Part shown: piece after piece, positions 55,118 to 64,000 of the stretch | Layout of the letters: the number at the start of each line of letters is the position of its first letter | Position numbering within the stretch: position 1 is the stretch's first letter | NCBI RefSeq assembly: GCF_022846255.1 | Contig: NZ_AP025682.1 | Reading direction: 5' to 3' (one strand) | DNA: 64,000 nt | Source: Escherichia coli | GTDB lineage: Bacteria > Pseudomonadota > Gammaproteobacteria > Enterobacterales > Enterobacteriaceae | Translations under genes and position numbers: made by a program | Notes under the pieces: model-generated | What the model was told of the DNA's origin: nothing | Databases searched by the model: none | Seen by the model: the letters and a program-made list of their open reading frames with translations, nothing else

Positions 55118-55240
55118 CGCCTGGTTTTATTTATTTTCCAGCTCAATAGCAAATTCAGATCAAATCAGCCTCGCAAATCATAGATTCATAACCAATAATG
55201 TGCTGTTATGTATACATGCAAAAACAAGGAGAGAATGCTT

Positions 55241-55669
55241 ATGTACAAAACAATCATCATGCCAGTGGATGTTTTCGAAATGGAATTGAGCGACAAAGCG
55301 ATTCGCCACGCTGAATTCCTCGCCCAGGATGACGGAGTTATTCATCTACTTCACGTACTACCGGGGTCAGCCAGCCTGAGCCTGCACCGTTTTGCCGCTG
55401 ATGTACGTCGTTTTGAAGAGCATCTGCAACATGAAGCAGAAGAACGTTTGCAAACGATGGTCAGCCACTTTACCATCGATCCTTCCCGCATTAAGCAACA
55501 TGTCCGTTTTGGTAGTGTGCGGGATGAAGTTAACGAGTTAGCGAAAGAACTTGATGCAGATGTAGTAGTGATTGGTTCGCGTAACCCATCAATTTCAACT
55601 CATCTGTTGGGTTCTAACGCCTCGAGCGTAATCCGCCACGCCAATTTGCCGGTGCTGGTTGTGCGTTAA
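55241..55669 (+). CDS. uspG: universal stress protein G
   Basis: ORF 55208..55669; start set at [26 protein letters not shown] with aaggagag SD; 142 aa. Confidence 0.9.
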
Positions 55670-55703
55670 TTGCCAGAATAAGTATCCCGCCCTGCCCGGA
55701 GCC

Positions 55704-55722
55704 ATCCCTGCAGGGCTTTTTA
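55704..55722 (+). terminator. terminator after uspG
   Basis: ccctg-cagggc followed by ttttt. Confidence 0.5.
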
Positions 55723-55728
55723 ATGCAA

Positions 55729-55760
55729 TAAAAAAGCCGCCAGGTTTGACCCCGGCGGCT
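55729..55760 (-). terminator. rho-independent terminator after ahpF (minus strand)
   Basis: reverse complement agccgccggggtcaaacctggcggctttttt. Confidence 0.65.
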
Positions 55761-55789
55761 AAGCAATTACAGGTGAATCTTACTTCTTC

Positions 55790-57355
55790 TTATGCAGTTT
55801 TGGTGCGAATCAGGTAGTCAAAAGCACTCAGAGAGGCTTTGGCACCTTCGCCAGTGGCGATGATGATCTGCTTGTACGGAACCGTCGTACAGTCACCCGC
55901 TGCGAACACGCCTTTGACGTTGGTTTCGCATTTCGCATCAATGATAATCTCGCCCATGCGATTACGTTCGACTGCGCCTTCCAGCCAGTTGGTGTTCGGC
56001 AGCAGACCAATCTGGACGAAAATACCGGCCAGTTCGATGTTGTGAATATCGCCGCTGACACGATCGCGATATTCCAGACCTACGACTTTGCTACCGTCGC
56101 CTTTCACTTCCGTGGTTTGCGCATTCAGAATAATGTCGACGTTTTTCAGGCTGCGTAGTTTGTCCTGCAGAACCTGGTCGGCTTTCATTTCTGGCGCAAA
56201 TTCCAGCAGCGTTACGTGCTCAACGATACCCGCCAGGTCAATTGCCGCTTCCACGCCGGAGTTACCGCCGCCGATAACCGCTACGCGTTTGCCTTTAAAC
56301 AGCGGGCCGTCGCAGTGCGGGCAATAGGTCACGCCTTTGGTGCGATACTGATCTTCGCCAGGAACGTTCATGTTGCGCCATTTTGCACCAGTCGCCACGA
56401 TAATGCTGCGTGCTTTCAGTACCGCGCCAGAAGCTGTTTCAATCTGATGCAAGCCGCCTTCAACCGCTGCCGGGATCAGTTTGCTCGCGCTCTGGCTGTC
56501 GATCACATCAACGTCGTATTCATCAACATGAACTTTCAGCGCACCTGCCAGTTTCTGGCCTTCGGTCTTCGGTACAGAAATGTAGTTTTCGATATCAACG
56601 GTATCGAGGATCTGACCACCAAAACGTTCGCCCATCAAACCGGTACGGATGCCTTTACGTGCGGAGTAAATTGCTGCCGCTGCACCCGCCGGGCCGGAAC
56701 CAACGATTAATACGTCATAAGCATCACGCTTATTCAGCTCTTCTGCCGCACGTTTTTCCGCACCAGTATCAATTTTGGCAACGATTTCAGTCAACGTCAT
56801 GCGGCCCTGACCAAACTCTTTCCCGTTTACGAACACTGCCGGAACGCCCATCACGTTGCGATCGGTGATTTCGTTCTGGAAGGTGCCGCCGTCAATTGCA
56901 GTGTGCTTGATGCGCGGGTTCAGTACGCTCATCAGGTTCAGCGCCTGCACCACGTCCGGGCAGTTGTGGCAAGAGAGCGAGTAATAGGTTTCGAATTCAA
57001 AATCACCGTCAATATGGCGAATCTGCTCCAGCAGAGACTGCGCTTCTTTCGACGGATGACCACCGGTCCACAGCAACGCCAGTACCAGCGAGGTGAACTC
57101 GTGGCCCAGCGGGGAGCCTGCAAAACGTGGTCCCTGGTTGGAACCTGGGTTGGTGATCAGGAAAGACGGCTTACGCACCGGCAAGCTGTTATCTTCTTTA
57201 AAGGTGACTTTGTCTGACAGTTCTGCGATTTCAGCCAACAGTTCCTTGATTTCTGCCGATTTAGCGCTGTCATCCAGCGTGGCAATTAACTCAACAGGCT
57301 TGGTCAATTTCTCAAGGTAAGCCTTGAGTTGAGTTTTCATATTTGTGTCGAGCAT
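55790..57355 (-). CDS. ahpF: alkyl hydroperoxide reductase subunit F
   Basis: ORF 55790..57385; start set at [16 protein letters not shown]...; two redox CxxC centres (CHNCPD, CPHCDG) and FAD/NAD GxGxxG motifs. Confidence 0.95.
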
Positions 57356-57525
57356 GTTTATCTCCTGGGCTTTAAACATCATCATGCAAGCGGCCTCTGC
57401 GGCTAGCTGGATGCAGCTTGCATCATGGTGCGGGGAAGAAAATCGGGTGCCGCAGCACCCGAAGAATTAGGTGAATTTCCGAAGTATCTCGCGCCGGAGT
57501 TGATAGCGCGAAAGACGAAGGAAAT

Positions 57526-58089
57526 TTAGATTTTACCAACCAGGTCCAGAGACGGAGCCAGAGTTGCTTCACCTTCTTTCCATTTAGCCGGGCAAACTTC
57601 ACCTGGGTGAGAAGCTACGTACTGTGCTGCTTTGATTTTACGCAGCAGGTCTGACGCGTCACGGCCAATGCCTTCAGCGGTAACTTCGATTGCCTGGATG
57701 ATACCCTGCGGGTCAACAACGAAGGTCGCACGGTCAGCCAGACCTTCATCTTCACGCATGTTGTCGAAGTTACGGGTCAGGGCGCCAGTCGGGTCGCCGA
57801 TCATCGCATATTTGATTTTAGCGATGGTTTCAGAGCTGCTGTGCCATGCTTTGTGGGTGAAGTGAGTATCGGTAGATACTGCGTATACGTCTACGCCCAG
57901 TTTCTGCAATTCTTCGTAATGGTCAGCAACGTCACCCAGTTCGGTCGGGCATACGAAAGTAAAGTCAGCCGGGTAGAAGAAGAAGACGCTCCAGCGGCCT
58001 TCGGTATCTTTTTCGGTGATTTCGATGAATTCGCCGTTTTTGAATGCCTGGTTTTTAAAAGGTTTAATTTTGGTGTTAATCAAGGACAT
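57526..58089 (-). CDS. ahpC: alkyl hydroperoxide reductase subunit C (2-Cys peroxiredoxin)
   Basis: 187 aa; peroxidatic FTFVCPTE and resolving VCPAKW cysteine motifs. Confidence 0.95.
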   Translation of the reverse strand: MSLINTKIKPFKNQAFKNGEFIEITEKDTEGRWSVFFFYPADFTFVCPTELGDVADHYEELQKLGVDVYAVSTDTHFTHKAWHSSSETIAKIKYAMIGDPTGALTRNFDNMREDEGLADRATFVVDPQGIIQAIEVTAEGIGRDASDLLRKIKAAQYVASHPGEVCPAKWKEGEATLAPSLDLVGKI

Positions 58090-58460
58090 CTATACTTCCT
58101 CCGTGTTTTCGATGAGATGTAAGGTAACCAATTTTTGCCGATTCGGCTAATGCGTTTCCATTATCAAATCGATAAGTTTTACCTTACAACCTTCGTAAGA
58201 CAACTTTGTGAACTTTGCACCGCCAGCGGCGATAAAAAGTAAAATGGCCCCCTTTCCAGGTGACCGTGTAATCTGAACTACCCTTTGGTATCTTCAGCGC
58301 CTGCCTGCAGGCTGAGGTGTTGCCCTTACAAATGCAACAACGACATGGATTACAACACCCTCATAAACAAAGGGCAATCACCTGATCTAAGCTCTTACCT
58401 ATGACAGTGATAGGTTATGCCTTTTACTCGACTTTTGCACTGACTGAAAAGGACAAATTA

Positions 58461-59207
58461 ATGTTAAAAAAGATACTTTTACTGGCCCTGCTTCCTGCAA
58501 TCGCCTTCGCAGAGGAACTTCCTGCCCCAGTAAAAGCGATTGAAAAACAGGGTATTACAATCATCAAAACGTTCGATGCCCCTGGAGGAATGAAAGGTTA
58601 TCTCGGTAAGTATCAGGATATGGGCGTCACCATCTACCTGACTCCAGATGGTAAGCACGCTATCTCTGGTTACATGTACAACGAAAAAGGTGAAAACCTG
58701 AGTAACACGCTTATCGAAAAAGAAATTTACGCACCCGCCGGACGTGAAATGTGGCAACGGATGGAACAATCCCACTGGCTCCTCGACGGTAAAAAAGACG
58801 CGCCGGTCATTGTCTACATCTTCGCCGATCCGTTCTGCCCATATTGTAAACAGTTCTGGCAGCAGGCTCGTCCGTGGGTAGATTCTGGCAAAGTGCAATT
58901 GAGAACATTGTTGGTTGGGGTTATCAAGCCAGAAAGCCCGGCGACAGCAGCGGCAATTCTTGCCTCCAAAGATCCCGCAAAAACCTGGCAACAATATGAA
59001 GCCTCTGGTGGCAAGCTTAAGCTAAGCGTGCCTGCAAACGTAAGTACAGAGCAAATGAAAGTGTTAAGCGACAACGAGAAACTCATGGACGATCTGGGGG
59101 CAAATGTCACACCAGCTATCTATTACATGAGTAAGGGAAATACCCTGCAACAGGCCGTCGGATTACCCGATCAGAAAACACTTAATATCATTATGGGGAA
59201 TAAATAG
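58461..59207 (+). CDS. dsbG: periplasmic thiol:disulfide oxidoreductase DsbG
   Basis: ORF 58401..59207; start set at [17 protein letters not shown] signal peptide; CPYC active site. Confidence 0.9.
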   Translation: MLKKILLLALLPAIAFAEELPAPVKAIEKQGITIIKTFDAPGGMKGYLGKYQDMGVTIYLTPDGKHAISGYMYNEKGENLSNTLIEKEIYAPAGREMWQRMEQSHWLLDGKKDAPVIVYIFADPFCPYCKQFWQQARPWVDSGKVQLRTLLVGVIKPESPATAAAILASKDPAKTWQQYEASGGKLKLSVPANVSTEQMKVLSDNEKLMDDLGANVTPAIYYMSKGNTLQQAVGLPDQKTLNIIMGNK

Positions 59208-59414
59208 AATATAATTCATGGGTGGTTGAAATACATCCTTGCTTTTCAACCATCCTAAAAACTCATGAATTGCTCGTAACCCACCTGACAGCTATGCTAT
59301 TTTAGATAAACTTAATCCAAAGTTAAGCAGAAAAACATAATACATATAAATACAACAGCAACACTATTGATCAAGTGAATGATTTCTGGAAGAGACAATA
59401 CAGCGGAGTATGTT

Positions 59415-60317
59415 ATGGCTAATCTTTATGATCTAAAAAAATTTGACCTCAATTTACTGGTCATATTTGAATGTATTTATCAACATCTCAGCATTAGTAA
59501 AGCGGCAGAATCATTATATATAACGCCCTCTGCTGTTAGTCAGTCGTTACAACGTTTACGTGCGCAATTTAATGACCCGTTATTCATTCGCTCTGGGAAA
59601 GGTATCGCGCCGACTACAACAGGGTTAAACCTGCATCACCATCTTGAGAAAAATCTCAGAGGCCTTGAACAAACGATCAATATCGTAAATAAGTCTGAAC
59701 TAAAGAAAAATTTTATTATCTACGGTCCTCAGCTTATTTCTTGTACTAATAACAACATGCTAATCCGCTGTCTTAGACAAGATACTTCAATCGATATAGA
59801 ATGCCATGACATCCTGCTTTCAGCTGAAAATGCCGAAGAACTGTTGGTTCAACGCAAAACTGACCTGGCAATTACGCTGCAACCAGTAATTAGTCGCTCT
59901 GTCATCTGCATGCCGTTACACACTATTCGCAATTCCCTTATATGTAGCAACAAACATCCTCGTATTACTGATACCAGTAACTATGAACAAATTATCGCCG
60001 AAGAATTCACCCTGTTGATATCTAAATCAGCAGGGATTGACGAAATTCAAATGGACATAGATGAACGTTTTATAAACCGTAAAGTTTCATTTCGCAGTTC
60101 TTCTTTGTTGACTATAATTAATAGCATTTCTGTTACTGACTTATTAGGCATTGTGCCCACCGAACTGTACGATTTACATCGTGATTTTTTGAAGTTAAAA
60201 GAAATAAAACTAGAACAACCTCTTCCTGCGGTTAAACTTTATATTTCCTATAACAAGGCTTCGTTGAACAACCTTGTCTTCTCCCGATTCATAGATCGTT
60301 TAAATGATAGCTTCTGA
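59415..60317 (+). CDS. ybdO: LysR-family transcriptional regulator
   Basis: ORF 59379..60317; start set at MANLYDLKKFDLNLLVIFECIYQHLSISKAAESLYITPSAVSQSLQRLR (LysR HTH); AT-rich gene. Confidence 0.85.
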   Translation: MANLYDLKKFDLNLLVIFECIYQHLSISKAAESLYITPSAVSQSLQRLRAQFNDPLFIRSGKGIAPTTTGLNLHHHLEKNLRGLEQTINIVNKSELKKNFIIYGPQLISCTNNNMLIRCLRQDTSIDIECHDILLSAENAEELLVQRKTDLAITLQPVISRSVICMPLHTIRNSLICSNKHPRITDTSNYEQIIAEEFTLLISKSAGIDEIQMDIDERFINRKVSFRSSSLLTIINSISVTDLLGIVPTELYDLHRDFLKLKEIKLEQPLPAVKLYISYNKASLNNLVFSRFIDRLNDSF

Positions 60318-60463
60318 TTCATTACCACTGACAAATAATATATTACGCATCAATTAATTCATTGTGTGAATATAAAATAATGTGCTCTATCTTGCTTCGT
60401 TTATCCTATAATTAGCGGATTCATCTCACGAGTCACCCCGTAACGTTCAGAGAGCGTTTTTAG

Positions 60464-61684
60464 ATGTCTATTTATAAAATCCCGCTTCCACTGAATATTC
60501 TGGAAGCTGCAAAAGAACGTATTACCTGGACACTTAATACCCTACCCCGTATCTGTGTTTCTTTTTCGGGTGGTAAAGATTCCGGATTAATGCTGCATCT
60601 GACAGCCGAAATTGCCCGACAAATGGGCAAAAAAATCTGCGTTTTGTTTATCGACTGGGAAGCGCAGTTCTCATGCACTATTAACTATGTTCAGTCATTA
60701 CGTGAGTTTTACGCCGATGTCATCGAAGAGTTTTACTGGGTTGCGCTCCCGCTTACGACGCAAAATTCCCTTTCTCAATACCAACCCGAATGGCAGTGCT
60801 GGGAACCTGATGTCGAATGGGTACGTCAGCCCCCGCAAGATGCGATAACCGATCCTGACTTTTTCTCCTTTTACCAGCCTGGCATGACCTTCGAACAATT
60901 TGTGCGTGAGTTTGCTGAATGGTTTTCACAAAAACGTCCGGCGGCGATGATGATCGGCATCCGTGCAGATGAGTCCTACAACCGTTTTGTCGCCATCGCC
61001 AGTTTAAATAAACAACGTTTTGCCGATGATAAGCCCTGGACCACCGCCGCACCAGGCGGTCATAGTTGGTACATTTACCCCATCTACGACTGGAAAGTGG
61101 CTGATATCTGGACCTGGTATGCTAACCATCAACAGCTCTGTAACCCACTGTATAATATAATGTATCAGGCAGGCGTTCCTCTGCGTCATATGCGAATTTG
61201 CGAACCTTTTGGCCCGGAGCAACGGCAAGGATTATGGCTCTATCACGTTATCGAACCGGATCGCTGGGCTGCTATGTGCGCACGAGTCAGCGGGGTAAAA
61301 AGTGGCGGCATTTACGCCGGACATGATAATCATTTTTATGGTCATCGGAAAATCCTCAAGCCAGAACATTTAGACTGGCAAGAATATGCATTATTGCTGC
61401 TCAATAGCATGCCGGAAAAAACAGCTGAGCATTACCGCAATAAAATCGCCATTTATTTGCACTGGTATCAGAAAAAAGGCATCGAAGTTCCACAAACCCA
61501 GCAAGGGGACATTGGCGCGAAAGATATCCCCTCCTGGCGGCGAATATGCAAAGTTTTACTCAATAACGATTACTGGTGCCGGGCATTATCATTTAGTCCT
61601 ACGAAAGCGAAGAACTATCAGCGTTATAACGAACGGATAAAAGGAAAACGTCAGGAATGGGGGATACTATGCAACAACGATTAA
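60464..61684 (+). CDS. ybdN: PP-loop ATP pyrophosphatase / PAPS-reductase-like protein (DUF3440)
   Basis: 406 aa; PP-loop SGGKDS in CVSFSGGKDSGLMLHL. Confidence 0.85.
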   Translation: MSIYKIPLPLNILEAAKERITWTLNTLPRICVSFSGGKDSGLMLHLTAEIARQMGKKICVLFIDWEAQFSCTINYVQSLREFYADVIEEFYWVALPLTTQNSLSQYQPEWQCWEPDVEWVRQPPQDAITDPDFFSFYQPGMTFEQFVREFAEWFSQKRPAAMMIGIRADESYNRFVAIASLNKQRFADDKPWTTAAPGGHSWYIYPIYDWKVADIWTWYANHQQLCNPLYNIMYQAGVPLRHMRICEPFGPEQRQGLWLYHVIEPDRWAAMCARVSGVKSGGIYAGHDNHFYGHRKILKPEHLDWQEYALLLLNSMPEKTAEHYRNKIAIYLHWYQKKGIEVPQTQQGDIGAKDIPSWRRICKVLLNNDYWCRALSFSPTKAKNYQRYNERIKGKRQEWGILCNND

Positions 61685-62286
61685 CGCAGGATTTAACCCA
61701 ATTTCTCGCCAGCTTGCCGGAAGATGATCGCATCAAAGCGATTAATGAAATCCGCATGGCGATCCATCAGGTTAGCCCCTTTCGTGAAGAGCCAGTGGAT
61801 TGCGTTCTGTGGGTTAAAAACAGCCAACTTATGCCTAATGATTACAACCCAAACAACGTGGCACCACCCGAAAAAAAACTGCTGAAAAAATCCATTGAAA
61901 TAGATGGTTTTACCCAACCCATTGTGGTCACGCATACGGATAAAAATGCCCTGGAAATCGTGGATGGTTTTCACCGCCATGAAATTGGTAAAGGCTCATC
62001 ATCGTTAAAATTACGCTTAAAAGGTTATTTGCCGGTGACCTGTCTGGAAGGTACGCGTAATCAACGCATCGCCGCGACTATTCGTCATAATCGCGCTCGT
62101 GGACGTCACCAAATCACTGCCATGTCAGAAATCGTCCGTGAACTCAGCCAGTTGGGATGGGACGATAATAAAATTGGCAAAGAGCTGGGAATGGACAGCG
62201 ACGAAGTGTTGCGCCTGAAGCAAATTAACGGCCTGCAAGAGTTGTTTGCCGACCGTCAATTTTCCCGCGCCTGGACGGTTAAATAA
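61657..62286 (+). CDS. ybdM: ParB/sulfiredoxin-fold protein
   Basis: 209 aa; DGxHR-type motif (VDGFHRHEIG); 5' end overlaps ybdN 3' end by 28 nt (16 nt if the second ATG at 61669 is used). Confidence 0.8.
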   Translation: MGDTMQQRLTQDLTQFLASLPEDDRIKAINEIRMAIHQVSPFREEPVDCVLWVKNSQLMPNDYNPNNVAPPEKKLLKKSIEIDGFTQPIVVTHTDKNALEIVDGFHRHEIGKGSSSLKLRLKGYLPVTCLEGTRNQRIAATIRHNRARGRHQITAMSEIVRELSQLGWDDNKIGKELGMDSDEVLRLKQINGLQELFADRQFSRAWTVK

Positions 62287-63447
62287 CTACAGCTGGCGCA
62301 GGCGTTCTGCTGCTGCCAGCAACGTCGATTCCTTTTTGGCAAAACAGAGACGAATCAGTTTATGTGGGAAGGGATCGGCGCAAAACACCGACAGCGGAAT
62401 CGCCGCTACGCCGTGCTCCCGCGTCAGCCACTGGCAAAACTCAACATCATCCATCGTAGATACGGCACTGTAATCCACCAGCAAAAAGTATGTACCTTCG
62501 CACGGTAAAATCTCCAGCCGACTTTCATTTAAGGCATTCACCAGAATATCGCGCTTCTGGCGATAAAAGTCCGGTAACGCAAGATAATGCTCAGGTTCTG
62601 CACGTAGCATATCGGCAAGCGCCAACTGTGCCGGGGTATTCACCGAAAAGGTCAGATACTGATGCACTTTGCGGATCTCGGCGCTGATGGGCGCAGGTGC
62701 AACGCAATACCCCACTTTCCAGCCGGTCATATGATAGGTCTTGCCAAACGATGACACCGCCACCGCTCGCTCACACAATTGCGGATGCGCCAGCACGCTG
62801 GCATGGCCCTGTTGTGAAAAATTGATGTGCTCGTAGACTTCATCGCTAATGACAAAAATCTCGTGCCCGGCAATCGCCTGCCACAGAGCGGAGAAATCAG
62901 CCTGCTGCCAGACAGTTGCACTGGGGTTATGCGGGGTGTTGAGGATCACCAGTCGGGTGCGCTCGCTTAACAATGCGGCAAATTCCTGCCAGTCCACGCG
63001 AAAATGCGGTGGTTGCAGTGCCATACGCTTCACTATTCCCCCAGAAAGCGCGATGGCGGGGGCGTAACTGTCATAGCTGGGATCAAAGCAGATCACTTCA
63101 TCACCATTGCGCACCAATGCGGTAATCGCTGCATATAACGCTTCCGTCGCCCCTGCCGTTACGGTGATATCACTATCGGCATCCGGTTGATAGCCATACA
63201 GACGTTCCGTTTTCTGAGCAATCGCCTCGCGCAAGGCCTGCACGCCAGTCATAGGCGCGTATTGGTTTGCCCCCTGGGCAACGTGGTACGCCAGCCGCTC
63301 TTGTAAATAGCGCGGACCATCAAAATCAGGAAAGCCTTGCGAAAGGTTAATGGCCTGGTGTTGCTGCGCCAGCGCGCTCATCTGGGTGAAAATAGTGGTG
63401 CCAAGTTGTGGAAGTTTGCTTTGTGGAATCAGAGGGTTATTTGTCAT
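62287..63447 (-). CDS. ybdL: PLP-dependent methionine aminotransferase
   Basis: 386 aa; aminotransferase class I fold, PLP-lysine region (SFGKTYHMTGWKVGY). Confidence 0.9.
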   Translation of the reverse strand: MTNNPLIPQSKLPQLGTTIFTQMSALAQQHQAINLSQGFPDFDGPRYLQERLAYHVAQGANQYAPMTGVQALREAIAQKTERLYGYQPDADSDITVTAGATEALYAAITALVRNGDEVICFDPSYDSYAPAIALSGGIVKRMALQPPHFRVDWQEFAALLSERTRLVILNTPHNPSATVWQQADFSALWQAIAGHEIFVISDEVYEHINFSQQGHASVLAHPQLCERAVAVSSFGKTYHMTGWKVGYCVAPAPISAEIRKVHQYLTFSVNTPAQLALADMLRAEPEHYLALPDFYRQKRDILVNALNESRLEILPCEGTYFLLVDYSAVSTMDDVEFCQWLTREHGVAAIPLSVFCADPFPHKLIRLCFAKKESTLLAAAERLRQL

Positions 63448-63555
63448 TTTTATTGTACCTGACGAAGTTGCGTGTTGAAGGCACTATAACACGATGCTAG
63501 TATTTGGCAATCAAGACGTTTAGATGTCTAAATAAAACAATAAGGACAACACAAC

Positions 63556-64000
63556 ATGCCTCACAATCCTATCCGCGTGGTCGTCGGCCCGGCTAACTAC
63601 TTTTCACATCCCGGAAGTTTCAATCACCTGCACGATTTTTTCACTGATGAACAACTTTCTCGCGCAGTGTGGATCTACGGCGAACGCGCCATTGCTGCGG
63701 CACAAACCAAACTGCCGCCTGCGTTTGAACTGCCAGGGGTAAAGCATATTTTGTTTCGTGGTCATTGCAGCGAAAGCGATGTACAACAACTGGCGGCTGA
63801 GTCCGGTGACGATCGCAGCGTGGTGATTGGCGTCGGCGGCGGCGCACTGCTCGACACCGCAAAAGCCCTCGCCCGCCGTCTCGGTCTGCCGTTTGTTGCC
63901 GTTCCGACGATCGCCGCCACCTGCGCCGCCTGGACACCGCTCTCCGTCTGGTATAACGATGCCGGACAGGCGCTGCATTATGAGATTTTCGACGACGCCA
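63556..64000 (+). CDS. ybdH: iron-containing alcohol dehydrogenase family protein (3' end beyond window)
   Basis: ATG at 63556 read directly; translation MPHNPIRVVVGPANYFSHPGSFNHLHDFF... with GVGGGALLDTAK nucleotide-binding motif; open to window edge. Confidence 0.85.
   Translation, partial: MPHNPIRVVVGPANYFSHPGSFNHLHDFFTDEQLSRAVWIYGERAIAAAQTKLPPAFELPGVKHILFRGHCSESDVQQLAAESGDDRSVVIGVGGGALLDTAKALARRLGLPFVAVPTIAATCAAWTPLSVWYNDAGQALHYEIFDDA

Overview
This window reads as an Escherichia coli chromosomal segment running asnB to ybdH, in the reverse orientation to K-12 numbering (gene order recognised from the translations; all K-12 comparisons are from memory, no search was run). It contains the tail of asnB, the seven-tRNA operon metT-leuW-glnU-glnW-metU-glnV-glnX, ubiF, miaB, ybeZ-ybeY-corC-lnt, gltI-sroC-gltJKL, rihA, hscC with the duplicated djlC/ybeU/ybeT and djlB/ybeR/ybeQ module, ybeL, leuS-lptE-holA-nadD-cobC-rsfS-rlmH-mrdAB-rlpA, dacA, ybeD, lipB, a decayed ybeF, lipA, tatE, ybeM, crcB, cspE, pagP, dcuC, dpiBA, citCDEFXG-citT, rna, rnk, uspG, ahpCF, dsbG, ybdO-ybdN-ybdM, ybdL and the start of ybdH. 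The clearest departure from the K-12 layout is a 625-aa gene (8964..10841, minus strand) between lnt and gltI. It encodes a rhomboid intramembrane serine protease core with an extra seventh transmembrane helix, fused to a C-terminal seven-bladed YVTN-type beta-propeller that is predicted to be periplasmic. This is the best candidate for an undescribed system in the window. Secondary observations are the decayed ybeF LysR gene, the PP-loop/ParB-like ybdN-ybdM pair, a 29-codon hydrophobic ORF between rnk and uspG, and a sigma54-like motif upstream of gltI. No CRISPR array, IS element or prophage was seen.
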